Source: Mobula hypostoma
Taxonomy: Eukaryota
Length of the DNA: 64,000 nt
Assembly (NCBI RefSeq): GCF_963921235.1
Contig: NC_086102.1
Location: 44,330,001 to 44,394,000, forward strand
Reading direction: 5' to 3'
A program made the position numbers and the translations under genes. Each line of letters begins with the position of its first letter. The stretch's first letter is position 1. The notes under the pieces were generated by a model. It did not search any database. It saw nothing but the letters and a program-made list of their open reading frames with translations, and had not been told where the DNA came from. Positions 13,243 to 26,244 of this stretch are shown here, one piece after another.

Positions 13243-16017
13243 ATGGCCATTACAGAGACTTGGCTGGCACCAGAGCAGGAATGGATTCTCAATATTCCTG
13301 GATTTCAGTGCTTTAAAAGGGATAGAGAGGGGGGAAAAGGGGGAGGAGGGGTGGCATTACTGGTCAGGGATACTGTTACAGCTACAGAAAGGGTGGGTAA
13401 TGTAGCAGAATCCTCTTTAGAGTCAGTATGGGTGGAAGTCAAGAACAGGAAGGGAGCAGTTACTCTATTGGGAGTATTCTATGGGCCCCCTGGTAGCAGC
13501 AGAGATACAGAGGAGCAGATTGGGAGGCAGATTTTGGAAAGGTGCAAAAATAACAGTGTTGTTATCATGGGTGACTTTAACTTCCCTAATATTGATTGGT
13601 ACTTGATTAGTTCCAAGGGTTCAGACGGGGCAGAGTTTGTTAAGTGTGTCCTGGATGGATTCTTGTCACAGTATGTTGACAGGCCGACTAGGGGGAATGC
13701 CATACTAGATCTAGTACTAGGTAACGAACTGGGTCAGGTCACAGATCTCCCTGTGGGTGAGCATCTGGGGGCCAGTGACCACCGCTCACTGGCCTTTAGC
13801 ATTATCATAGAAAAGGATAGAATCAGAGAGGACAGGAAAATTTTTAATTGGGGAAGGGCAAATTATGAGACTATAAGGCTAGAACTTGCGGGTGTGAATT
13901 GGGATGATGTTTTCGCAGGGAAATGTACCATGGGCATGTGGTCATGTTTAGAGATCTCTTGCAGGATGTTAGATTGCAGGATGTTATGTGTCCCGGTGAG
14001 GAAGATAAAGAATGGTAGGGTGAAGGAACCATGGATGACGTGAGGTGGAAACTCTAGTCAGGTGGAAGAAGGCAGCATACATGAGGTTTAGGAAGCAAGG
14101 ATCAGATGGGTCTATTCAGGAATATAGGGAAAAGCAAGAAAGGAGCTTGAGAAGGGGCTGAGAAGAGCAAGAAGGGGGCATGAGAAGGCCGTGGCAAGTA
14201 GGATAAAGGAAAACCCCAAGGCATTCTTCAATTATGTGAAGAAAAAAAGGATGACAGCAGTGAAGGTAGGACCAATTAGAGATAAAAGTGGGAAGATATG
14301 CCTGGAGGCTGTGGAAGTGAGCGAGGTCCTCAATGAATACTTCTCTTCGGTATTCACCCATGAGAGGGAACTTGATGACGGTGAGGACAATATGAGTGAG
14401 GTTGATGTTCTGGAGCATGTTGATATTAAGGGAGAGGAGGTGTTGGAGTTGTTAAAATACATTAGGACGGATAGGTCCCCGGGGCCTGACGGAATATTCC
14501 CCAGGCTGCTCCATGAGGTGAGGGAAGAGATTGCTGAGCCTCTGGCTAGGATCTTTATGTCCTAGTTGCCCACGGGAATGGTACCGGAGGATTGGAGGGA
14601 GGCGAATGTTGTTCCCTTGTTCAAAAAAGTTAGTAGGGATAGTCCGGGTAATTATAGACCAGTGAGCCTTACGTCTGTGGTGGGAAAGCTGTTGGAAAAG
14701 ATTCTTAGAGATAGGATCTCTGGGCATTTAGAGAATCATGATCTGATCAGGGACAGTCAGCATGGCTTTGTGAAAGGCAGATCGTGTCCAACAACCCTGA
14801 TAGAGTTCTTTGAGGAGGTAACCACGTATATAGATGAAGGTAGTGCAGTGGATGTGATCTACATGGATTTTAGTAAGGCATTTGACAAAGTTCCACATGG
14901 TAGGCTTATTCAGAAAGTCAGAAGGCATGGGATCTAGGGAAGTTTGGCCAGATGGATTCAGAATTGGCTTGCCTGCAGAAGGCAGAGGGTCGTGGCGGAG
15001 GGAGTACATTCAGATTGGAGGGTTGTGACTAGTGGTGTCCCACAAGGATCGGTTCTGGGACCTCTACTTTTCGTGATTTTTATTCACGACCTGGATGTGG
15101 GGGTAGAAGGGTGGGTTGGCAAGTTTGCAGATGACACAAAGGTTGGTGGTGTTGTAGATAGTGTAGAGGATTGTCAAAGATTGCAGAGAGACATTGATAG
15201 GATGCAAAAGTGGGCTGAGAAGTGTCAGATGGATTTCAACCCGAAGAAGTATGAGGTGGTACACTTTGGAAGGACAAACTCCAAGGCAGAGTACAAAGTA
15301 AATGGCAGGATACTTGGTAGTGTGGAGGAGCAGAGTGATCTGGGGGTACATGTCCACAAATCCCTGAAAGTTGCCTCACAGGTAGGTGGGGTAGTTAAGA
15401 AAGCTTATGGGGTGTTAGCTTTCATAATTTGAGGGATAGAGTTTAAGAGTCGCGAGGTAATGATGCAGCTCTATAAAACTCTGGTTAGGCCACACTTGGA
15501 GTACTGTGTCCAGTTCTGGTCACTTCACTATAGAAAGGATGTGGAAGCATTGGAAAGGGTACAGAGGAGATTTACCAGGATGCTGCCTGGTTTAGAGCGT
15601 ATGCATTATGATCAGAGATTAAGAGAGCTAGGACTTTACTCTTTGGAGAGAAGGAGGAGGAGAGGAGACATGATAGAGGTGTACAAGATAATAAGAGGAA
15701 TAGATAGGGTGGACAGCCAGCACCTCTTCCCCAGGGCAGCACTGCTCAATACAAGAGGACATGGCTTTAAGGTAAGGGGTGGGAAGTTCAAGGGGGATAT
15801 TAGAGGAAGGTTTTTTACTCAGAGAGCGGTTGGTGCGTGGAATGCACTGCCTTAGTCAGTGGTAGAGGCAGATACACTAGTGAAGTTTGAGACTACTAGA
15901 CAGGTATATGGAGGAATTTAACGTGGGGAGTTATATGGGAGGCAGGGTTTGAGGGTCGGCACAACATTGTGGGCCGAACAGCCTGTACTGTGCTGTACTA
16001 TTCTGTTCTATGTTCTA
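13243..16017 (+). mobile_element. CR1 LINE, endonuclease through 3' tail (ORF2 pseudogene)
   Basis: APE endonuclease AITETWL...GDFNFP...SDH; RT NYRPVSLTSVVGK, DFSKAFDKVPH, GVPQGSVLGP, KFADDTK; tail ctattctgttctatgttcta. In-frame TAG stops at 14563 and 14935 plus frameshifts. Confidence 0.95.
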
Positions 16018-17927
16018 AAATAATGTTTATATTTTTAGAATTATAGCCAGCTGGATTACTATTCTACTGTTAATCAATATAATATAAAAATTACTGAATC
16101 TGATTTGTATTTAATCTGATTTGAGCAGAAGCTGCCTACTGTACATCTGGTGATGTTAATTCCTTAGGGCCTTGGTAATCATGACAGGGTTTGTCTTAAG
16201 CAAAATGTTTTGAGAATGCCAACTAATTTTTTTTAATGCCCATTTTGATTGTTTTGATGGTATAATCTTACTGTAGATTAACCTTGCTTTAAATTTTTAG
16301 GCTGAGCTACAGAGTTTCCACTTTTCTTTGCTTGAAGACATGACATCATGGGTTGGCTACGTTATTTTCAATGCTTATTGAAAATGACAAAAAAAAATTC
16401 CTGTGTTTGCCTTCTGGTCATGCCATCCTGAATTATTTCCTATAAAAAGATTTAACTTCAGATTATAGGAAGTGCAGAGTTACCAAAAGAAACTGACTTT
16501 TGCATTGACCATGAATAAAAAATGTTGGAAAGAATACATTAATGTTACAGATGAGTGAATACCTTTTCATCTTCCCACAAGGACACTTCACTTTCAATTC
16601 CCTCTTCTAAGCAGAAAGAGGATATGGGACAAAAACTTGCTATCAGCAATGTTAATCTGGCATGCTCATTCCAAATTCTACTTTAACGGAGAGATTAACT
16701 TGTAAAAAAAAAGATTGTAATTTATTGTAATGTTGTAATTATCACAGAAAGGGGAAAACTCAGGCAAGAGTAAATACAACGATAATCCAGCTGTCTCCAC
16801 ACTGTTCACAGTGTAATTTTAATTTTAACTGCGCTGAAAAATTGGAAACTGAATTGCAAATGAGTAGCCCTTGAATTGAGGCAATTAAAACTGCAGGTGG
16901 AAGAAAATTGCGGAGGCTTCCACGCTCTGTGCTCTGCCATTAGTCCAGACACTGATTTCACGCTGTCCTCTTCACGTCATACAACACTTTGGAAAACAGT
17001 AGCTTGAAGCATTCTCATCCCAACAAGCGACTCTAGGCACAAAGTACATTCACCATTCTATTCATTTCTTACTGAGGATCCATGTACTTTCAAGTTTGAA
17101 ATCTGGTGTTAAGTCATATTGTAGTGCTGCTTTAGTAAATCCAAATTATGATTAATTTTGGAGAAAAATAAACAAACGGAAGTTTGTTCACTGGTAGCAT
17201 TGGTTAGTGATTACCAGTCAACCAGTGAGGTCAGATTTTATTCATGCCTGCATGAGTAATGCTTCTGACAATAGCATTTGTCAGGCAGATGCAAAACTGT
17301 TGCAGACAGAGTCAACACTCAGTAGTCAAAGGCATGTCATTCAAAATCAAAAGAGCTTGCAGCAATATATACTTTGGAGTGGGACTGCACTATGACAGCA
17401 AAACTAGAAATATAAACAGTTCCAAAAATACTTACTTCTGTTACATCTTTATATGTTATTCTTCTTAGAAGAACAAACTGGGCCCAAAGATGCCCTTTGT
17501 TATGTTATTAAAAAATGGGTTGGGTCAAGAAACTGGTTTCTTGTAAAAAGGTATCAGAGATAAGAAAAGCTTATGTAACCATGAGTGAGATTTTTGTTTT
17601 TCTTGTACAGATAGAGTTTTGTCACTTAGCAACACTATCTTCACACTGCTGGGAGCGAACTTGACAATATGAGAACTGTAAATTAACTCTTTGTTTAGAT
17701 TATTTGAATTTAAAGTATGAGATAACAGTAACTGCAGAGAAAGACTGTTTCTGATAAATTACACTTCAACTGGAGGCAATGCTGTATCTAATCAGCTTCT
17801 TCATCTGTGCAGAAAAGGGATACAAAAAAAATCTGGAGTCCTCCAGCTGTTATTCCTGGCTACCAAAATTTTACATGTTGATAATACTGCGAGTGAGAAT
17901 TAGAATTTTTTTTAGACAGTTACTTAC

Positions 17928-18317
17928 TGACAGGCTGAACAATGATCAAACTTTTACTGGATCTGTTTGTGTCTCTGGCAATGAAGTCTCCTGTCACTGT
18001 TCTCTCTTGCTCAGTGGCCCGGCAAAGGTATTTTCCGCTATCTTCCAGCTGAACATGGTAGATTTTCAGCAGATATGTTGTATCGGTTTCTTTTGCAAAC
18101 TTTATATATCCCAAACGTTCTTTGACTGTGTAGTCAGCATGGATTGTTGGTACAGCATTGCGGCCAATGTTGGCAATTTGTGTACCATTATAAATCCACA
18201 ATACTGAGAAATATCGGTCCTGTATATTTTGAGCTTGAATGACACATCTTAATTCCATGCTGTCTCCAGCTGTGAAGACTTTCCTGTTGTTCTCCAAGTG
18301 AACACTGAAGCTCTTAT
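17928..18317 (-). CDS. IGSF3: IGSF3-like internal exon, Ig domain 3
   Basis: Acceptor tgctctgttacag|ATAAGAGC and donor CCTGTCA|gtaagt; 390 nt, phase 1/1. DKSFSVHLENNRK...ELRCVIQAQNIQDRYFSVLW...EDSGKYLCRATEQERTVTGDFI parallels IGSF3 D3 (DKEFTVRLE...EDSGKYNCRVTEREKTVTGEFI). Confidence 0.93.
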
Positions 18318-19489
18318 CTGTAACAGAGCATAGATAACGTTACTGCTTGGGAATACTGTGCTAAGAAATCACGACTAAACATGAAACCCAAAACTGTTGC
18401 TTAAATCTTCAGCTTCCCTTCTGAGTTTCACAAATTTTCCATCTTCCTCTTAAAAACTCAACTCTTGCTGACATGGTGCATTCCCCACACTGGGTACTCG
18501 TTCACCCCTAACAAGCTCGGTGAATGTCAGCAGGTAGTTTTCCTAAAGGCCTACTGGTTCAATATGTTAACCTTGTTTCTCTTGTCATAGATACAGTCTG
18601 ATCTGGCGTGTTTCTACTTTATTGTGTTTCCATTTCAAATCATCAGCATCTGGAATATTTATTCTGATTCCCTTCACAGCAGACACACTGATTCTGTCTA
18701 CATCTGGAGACCGTCCAAACATAGTAACCAGTGAAAGCCCAGAGATAGCAAGAGCAAAATGAATGTTCTCTTCACTGGATTCATACTGTCATACAACTCA
18801 TGCCTTTTGGCCCTCCTTGTCCACACTGACCATCGGGTACCCCACTATGCTAATCCCGTTTACCAGCACTTGGTACCAACACTCTACCTTGGCATTGAAA
18901 ATGCTCACTCTAATGTATGAGATGAAGAGACCTTGAAGGTGATTCCATGGGTTGTGGGAACAGTTCAGTGCTAGGGTGAGTGAAGTTAGCCCCTCTGGTT
19001 CAACACCCTGGTTGTTGAGGGGTAATAACTATTCTTGAAACTGGGGGTGTAGGTCCTAAAGCTCCCATACCTTTATTCTTGGTGGCAGCAGTGAGAAGAG
19101 AACATGGCCTCTCTATCTGGTCTGTGGTATATGGCCTGTGACCACATAGATTTCTCCTTGGTGTTTCCAGTTCCCACCCTCATCCCAAAGACGTGCATGT
19201 TTGGTGGGTTAATGGCCACTATCAATTGCCTCTAGTACATAGGCGAGTAGTAGAATCTGGGTAGGGTTTATAAGAATGGAAGAACATTAAAAAAATTAGG
19301 AAAATGAAGGATTGATGCAAGTTGATAGTATGTGCAACTTGATGGGCTGAAAGGCCTGTTTCTATGCTAGATGACTCTCTACTTCTAAAAGACTCATGAT
19401 TTTGAAGAATTGTGAAGCTGACTGGAATGGGCAAATTGCTGCAATCCCTCAGTTCTGTTGAAGTCAAAGTTAGACTCAAGGCAGCGACA

Positions 19490-20880
19490 ACCATTGTAAT
19501 ATCTTTTTGATGCTTTGCATCATATGTGACTCATGAGTGGAGAAGTTTGGTGGACGAAAGTCATGGAGGCAGCTCACCCGCTCTTCTTGAGCACTGTTAT
19601 AATTGTTGCTCTTTTGAAGCAGGTAGGAGCCTCCGACTGCAGCAGTAAGAGATTGAAGATGTCCTTGAACATCTCTGTCAACTGGTTGTCACAGGTTTTC
19701 AAAGCCCAACCAGGTACACCACCAGGGTTTGAAGCCTTGTGAGGGTTTACCCTCTTGAAAGATGTTCTGACATCAGCCTCCAAAACAGAAATCACAGTCT
19801 CTCTGGATGCTGAAGGGACTCGCACTGTGTGGTTTTATTCTCCCTTTTAAAGCATGCAGAAAGGCACTGAGCTCAGCTGGGAGTGAAGGGTTGCACGCAG
19901 TCATGTTAGGTTTCGCTCTGTAGGAAGGATTGGGCTGTAAACCATACTAGAGCTGACATGCATCTGATTTTATTTCTAACCTCAATCGGAACTGTTGTGT
20001 CACTCTTAAAATAGCCTTCTGCAGGTGTACCTAACTTAGGGTATAGTTCTGGATCACAGGACTTGAATATCATAGATCTATCTCTCAGTAGACAATGAAT
20101 CTCCTGATTCGTCCATGGTTTTTGGCTTGGATATGTCTGGTATGTTCTCGAAGGCACACACTCATCCACACAGGTCCTGACAAAGCCAGTGACAACTATG
20201 GCACATTCATTTAGATTCAGAGGATTGTCCAGTCCATTGACTCAAAGCAGTCCTGTAAGCGCTTCTCCACCGCCCTTCACCATACTTTCCTGGTCCTCAC
20301 CACTGGCATTCTGGTCTTTGGTCTCTTCCTATATGCTGGGAGTAGGACTACAGCCAAGTAATTGGGACAGCACAGTAAGCATTCTTGATGGTGGTATGAT
20401 CGTGGTCATGCGTGTTGGTTCCTCTGGTTCCACAGGTGATATGTTGGTGGTAGTTGTTCATAGACTTCTTCAAGCTGGCCTGGTTGAAACCCCACCATCA
20501 TAGGCAGCAATGTATGCAGTTTTATGCCTGCTCATAACGTTGCTCAGCTCCTCTAGTGCCTGCCTGACATGTGACTGAAATGGAATGTACACCATTACCA
20601 GGATGATGGGGGGGAAACACCCTCGGCAGATAAAATGGACGACATTTGGCCGCTAGATGTTCCAGGCAGGTGAGCATGATGCCCCACGATGTGTTAATCA
20701 TAAAGCATACTCCACCTCCTGTGCCTTTAAAATTCTGAGCTGTCCTGTCGTTGCAGACAATGGTGAAGCCATTGGGCTACAGCACTGTGCCCGAAATTGC
20801 TGGCGTGAGACGCGTTTCCATAAAGCATAGTACGCAACAATCTTTCTCTGAGGTCCTCAATTTTGTTTTCTAGAGACCGT
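19490..20880 (-). mobile_element. Degraded Rex/Babar-type LINE internal fragment
   Basis: ORFs FKRVNPHKASNPGGVPGWALKTC...CFKRATII and DECVPSRTYQTYPSQKPW. Confidence 0.8.
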
Positions 20881-21851
20881 ACATTCACCAGCAGGGTAGA
20901 GAGCAGTGCAAGTCAAAGACCTTAGTGCTTCAGTTGTACATGTAGACAGGGGCAGTGTCCTCTCTGCTGCTTTCTTAAAGGGGATCTGCACTCATGACCA
21001 GAGTCTGCCATTTGAGGTTTGTCAATTTTGAGTATAGATAGATATTTTTAAAAAACGTTTTAAAACAATGCTATTTAATGAAGTTCCCATGGCTGTGACT
21101 GTGGATGTCAGCTGTAGCAGTCCTAAGCGGGAATACTTGATGACTCCCATCGGAGCTGCACACAAAGAGTTGCCACTTAATAGTGAAATCTTACCAGAAA
21201 TTATTTATTCATTGATTCTATTGTGTTTCTTTGCATTTACTCTGCATGCCTGCAAAAAATGAATCTCAGGGTAGCACATGGTGACCTATATGTACGTTGA
21301 TAATAAATTTACTTTGAACTTTGAACAGGGAGAACATGCGAGTTCCACACAGACAGCACCTGAGGTGAGGATTGAACCTGAAACTCTGGAGCTGTCTGGC
21401 ACCACCTCAACTAGCTGTGCTACAGCACTGCATATCCTCAGTATTCAACCTCAATGACATTTTCCCAGACTAACTTCATATCCTGTGAAACTATGAACAT
21501 CCAGAAATCTGTCATTTACTGAGCTTCCATAGCTCTGTAGAGTTTTCAAAGATTTATCCCTGCTGCGTAAAGGAATTTCTCATCTCAGTCTTAAGTGACC
21601 TTTCCCGTATACTCTCACTGTTCCCTCTAAGCTGCATGGGTACGCAGCTCTGCAGTAACTATAATGTTCCTGCGCACATAACTTTTGTTGCCACACATCT
21701 GGAACTTTCTTTTACATAATGTCTCATTAAAATGCTGCGCAGTTTTCAGGCCGTGTACAAATTTCCTGCTCAGAGCAGTGGCTGGTCTGCACAGCTATAT
21801 AAAAAAATGAGGGAACATTGGTCTTGGCTCTGATTCCAGGTGTCTTCTCAG

Positions 21852-22709
21852 TGTTACGTACCCCGTAACTGGGTTGCCAAACCAGCAGAAATGGATCACT
21901 CAGTTGGAGTCTGGAGTACTAGAACTAAGAAAGTTTTATTAAAGAAACAAGCAACACAGTAATCGAAAGGATAATAAATGCAACAATTCAACAATGATAA
22001 CCACACATGTGCACAGAATTAAGATAACAGCATCAATCAAGCTCTATCGTTGTCTAGGGGTAAATGACCAATTTCAAAATGACTCAAAGTTCAGTCCAGT
22101 TAGTAGTTCAGTTCGCAGTAATCGTTGCCATGGCGATGGACAAGGTGGGGGAAGAGAGACATAGAATAGGAACAACTCATCATTCAGCACAGCTTCACTC
22201 ACAGACCAGCGAGATTGCTCACGAGCAACTTTTGGGCGGGTCCTTGGTGATGTCACCTGAGGTCACCGACTGTGACCCCTCCTCCAGATGCGGTCGATCC
22301 TCTGCAGTGAACCCGGCACCCAGGCAAGGGCGGACACACACCGGGTTCCCGCTGATCGTACCTTTCCACCCTGGTCGTTGTCTGGTACTTCTCACCCACT
22401 CGTGAGAAGCGTACCGCTTCCAGGGTCTCGTTACCTCGGGTGGCGTGTGTGTCGTCTTAGCGAACCTGTCCCTTTTTATCCCCCTGCTGGGGTATCGCCT
22501 GTCCATCACTTCAAACAGTTCAGGGTTCAAAGGGGGGAGCCGCTCCAGACAGCTCTCCCTCCCACATCCCTTCATTACACATCTCCAGACGCTGCTCCAT
22601 TGTTCCTTATCTCTTCTTCCCCTGAGGGCAGGTGGCAGACCACTTGCTGATGTCACTGATGCTAACCCAGGCCAGCAAACATCTTAATTTTATGTGTATT
22701 CTCGTAACA
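21852..22709 (-). mobile_element. Solo LTR (858 bp) with 4-bp TSD
   Basis: Inverted termini TGTTACG...CGTAACA; TSD TCAG at 21848-21851 and 22710-22713; minus-strand AATAAA at 21935-21940 and TATA-like GATAAAAAGG at 22471-22480; CpG-rich. Confidence 0.88.
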
Positions 22710-23835
22710 TCAGCCATACGAAGCATTTTCCCAAAATCCAGTCTATAAAGATTGTACAAGTTTCAATGAGATTACTTAAGTCTTTTAAATTCTAGCGAAT
22801 ACCAGCCTGGTGTACGCATATGGTACCTCTTATGGCAAACCTAGCAAGACAGGAACCACTTTAATAAATTTTGCTGCATTCCATCCCTGTCAAATATAAG
22901 CCTTGTTTTTAGGTAAAGAGACCAAAACTGTGCATAGAATCTGAATCAGGTTTATTATTGCTGGCATGTGTCGTGAAATTTGTTAACTTAGCAGCAGCAG
23001 TTCAATGCAATACATAACAGAAAAAAATTACAGTATACATATATTGAATAGATTAAAAATCGAGCAAAACAGAATTAATATATATTAAAAAAGTGAGATA
23101 GTATTCATGGGTTCAATGTCCATTTAGGAATCAGATGGCAGAGGGGAAGAAGCTGTTCCTGAATCGCTGAGTGTGTGCCTTCAGGCTTCTGTACCTCCTA
23201 CCTGATGGTAACAGTGAGAAAAGGGCATGCCCTGGGTGCTGGAGGTCCTTAATAATGGACACTGCCTTTCTGAGACACTGCTCCCTAAAGATGTCCTGGG
23301 TACTTCGTAGGCTAGTGCCCAAGATGGAGCCGACTAAATTTATGACCCTCTGCAGCTTCTTTCAGTCCGGTGCAGTAAGCCTCCCCCACCCATTCCAAAC
23401 AGTGATAAAGCCTGTTACAGTGCTCTCCATGGTACATGTATAGAAGTTTTTGAGTGTTTTTGTTGACATACCAAATGTCTTCAAACTCCTAATGAAGTAT
23501 AGTCGCTGTTTTGCCTTTTTTATAGCTGCATCGATATGTTGGGACAAGGTTAGGTCCTCAGAGATCTTGATACCAAGAAACTTGAAGCTGCTCACTCTCT
23601 CCACTTCTGATCCCTCTATGGGGATTGGTATGTGTTCCTTCATCTTACCCTTCCTGAAGTTCACAATCAGCTCATTTGTCTTACTGACGTTGAGTGCCAG
23701 GTTGTTGCTGTGACACTGCTCCACTAGTTGGCATATCTTGCTCCTGTACGCCCTCTCGTCTCCATCTGAGATTCTACCAACAATGGTTGTATCATCAGCA
23801 AATTTATAGATGGTATTTGAGCTATGCCTAGCCAC

Positions 23836-25083
23836 TGTCATAAGGTGGGGTGGCTGTGAGCGGACCCAAGTGCAAGACACAGACACTGAAGTACTAGGGA
23901 CGGGACAAGGATACAGGGCGATGGCAAGGACATGGACAGGAAAACCAGGAACCTGGAACAGGACTGGATAAAAGAGCTAAGAGCCCGGGCTTGGACTCCG
24001 AGCCAGAGACCGGACAAGTACCCAGTACCTGGGTCTTGCCTCTGACTCTGACCCCAGAACTAGGCAAGGACGAGGCTTGGCAGGCAGGCAGGACGAGGCA
24101 GAAATCTACAGGCTTGAAGCTTGAGGCTAGAGACTAGAGACTTGGCTCGGCTTGGCAAGAGGCTAGAGACTAGAGACTTGGCTCGGCTTGGCAAGAGGCT
24201 AGAGCCTAGAGACTTGGCTTGGCAAGAGGTTAGAGACTGGAGTCTTCAGGCTCGAGGCTAGGCAAGAGACGAGGCTTGAGGCGAGGCTTTAGACTGGAGG
24301 CTTGAGGCGAGGCCAGGCTGGAGGCTGGAGACTTGAGGCGAGGCCAGGCTGGAGGCTTGAGGCGAGGCTGGAGGGTGGAGACTTGAGACGAGGCTGGAGA
24401 GTGGAGACTTGAGACGAGGCTGGAGGGTGGAGACTTGAGACTTGAGACTTGAGGCGAGGCTGGAGGCTGGAGACTTGAGGCAAGGCTTGGCAGGCTCCTC
24501 CTGGGCAGGGCGCGGAGCACCTGGGCTGGGCGCGGTACTCCTGGGCAGGGCGCAGATCACCACCCGACAGAGACAAAGGACAGGAAGGAACAGAACCAAC
24601 CTCAGGTAACGGCAGGACGGCCTAGCTTACCTGGGCGGAGGCTAGGGACAGGAAAGGAGCTAGGGATAGGAAAGGAGCTAGGAACAGAGTAGCCCCCGGA
24701 GCAGACAGCAAGAGAAGGCAAGGCTACTGGCAAAGCAAGGCAAGACGAGAACTTCAGGTGAGGCGAGAGTTACCGGCAATACAAGGCAGGGCTTCTGGCA
24801 AAGCAAGGCGAGACAGAACTTCAGGGGAGGCGAGAGTTACCGGCAAGACAAGACAGGGCTTCAGGTGAGGAAACAGAAGGCAGGGGAAGGGATACAAGGA
24901 CAAGAACAATCCAGCAACCACGCCCTGATCTCTGAAGGTATTAATGCAGCAGCCCCGACGAGAATCAGCTGCCTCAATTAGCTCAACAAGGAACAGAAAC
25001 AGGGTAGGTAGGAAAACCTGGAGCAAGGGTCGATGGACCGGACCGTGAACTGGAATATGGGCTTCATGGAGCGGATTATGGCA
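23836..25083 (-). mobile_element. Solo LTR (1248 bp) with internal minisatellites
   Basis: Termini TGTCATAA...TTATGGCA (1 mismatch from a perfect inverted pair); GCCAC direct repeat at 23831-23835 and 25084-25088; U5-like ...gtcttgcacttgggtcc...atgaca on the minus strand. Confidence 0.82.
24123..24490. repeat. Tandem repeats inside the solo LTR
   Basis: 36-bp unit gaggctagagactagagacttggctcggcttggcaa (two perfect copies plus a shortened third), then gagacttgaggcgaggctggagg-type units. Confidence 0.9.
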
Positions 25084-26244
25084 GCCACACACACAGTCAT
25101 GGGTATAGAGAGAGTAGAGCAGTGGGCTAAGCACACACACCTGAGGTGCACCAGTGTTGATCGTCAGCAAGGAAGAGATGTTATCACCAATCCGCACAGA
25201 TTGTGGTCTGCCGGTTAGGAAGTCCAGGATCCAAGTGCAGAGGGAGGTAGAGAGGCCCAGGTTCTGCAACTTCTCAATCAGGATTGTGGGAATGATGGTG
25301 TTAAATGCTGAGCTAAAGTCAATGAACAATATCCTTGGTATTTGTATTGTCCAGGTGGTCTAAAGCTGTGTGAAGAGCTATTGAGAGCATCTGCCATTGA
25401 CCTATTGTTGAAATGGGCAAATTGCAGTGGATCCAGGTCCTTCCTGAGGCAGACATTCAATCTAGTCATGACCAACCTCTTAAAGCATTTCATCACTGTA
25501 GATGTGAGTGCTACTGGGTGATAGTTATTAGGCAGCTCACATTATTCTTAATTAATGCACTGTGTAGTCTCACCAAGGCCCTTTATAAATACAGCAGGAC
25601 ATTTTTACTCCTGTCATCATTTCCTCTCCAATCAAAGGCCAACATTCCACTTGCCTTTTTAATTGTTTGTGGGACCTAAACCCTAGCTTTCAGTGAATTA
25701 TGGACAAAGATTCTTGAGTCTCTGTGAACAATATCATTTTAGAATCTCTCACCATTTTTTAAAAAAACCCTCTTTTTTTGTATTGCGCCTCGGAGTAGAT
25801 AGCTTTGCATTTTTTCATGTTCTTCACAGTTCAAAATAAATTTATTATCAAAGTACTTTTATGTCACCATATAGAACCCTGAGATTCATCTTCTTGTAGG
25901 CATACACCATAAATCCAAGAAACACAACGGAATCAATGAAAGACCGCACCCAGTAGGATAGACAAACAACTAATGTGCAAAAGACAATAAACTGCAAATA
26001 CAAAAAGGGAAGAAAATTAATAGCAAGAAACATTTGCTGTTTTTGCTCAGCTTGTTTGTCCACAGCTTCTTGAAACTGCTTTAGATCTCCTCCTTACTGA
26101 TAATTCATCCAAGTGTTGTATCATCAGCAAACTTGGAAATATAACAATTGGTCCCTTCTGCCAAATCACTGATATAGATTAGAAAAAGCTGAGGTCCCAA
26201 GCTGTGACCATTGTAGTAGCTCATAATTAACAGCCTGCCAGCAA

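Larger units (their letters stand above)
22937..25545 (-). mobile_element. Rex/Babar-type LINE 3' half, interrupted by a solo LTR
   Basis: [11 protein letters not shown]...[14 protein letters not shown] (25084-25329) continues as VARHSSNTIYKFADDT (below 23835); reversed tail gaatctgaatcaggtttatt at 22937. Confidence 0.9.

Noticed and set aside
24230-24599. ORFs with SLQPPASPQASS-like repeats
   Set aside because: They are translations of the LTR minisatellite; open in several frames, with no splice or start context.
24754-25329. 191-aa ORF with RT motifs and a novel C-terminus
   Set aside because: Chimeric read-through from the Rex/Babar RT into the inserted solo LTR.
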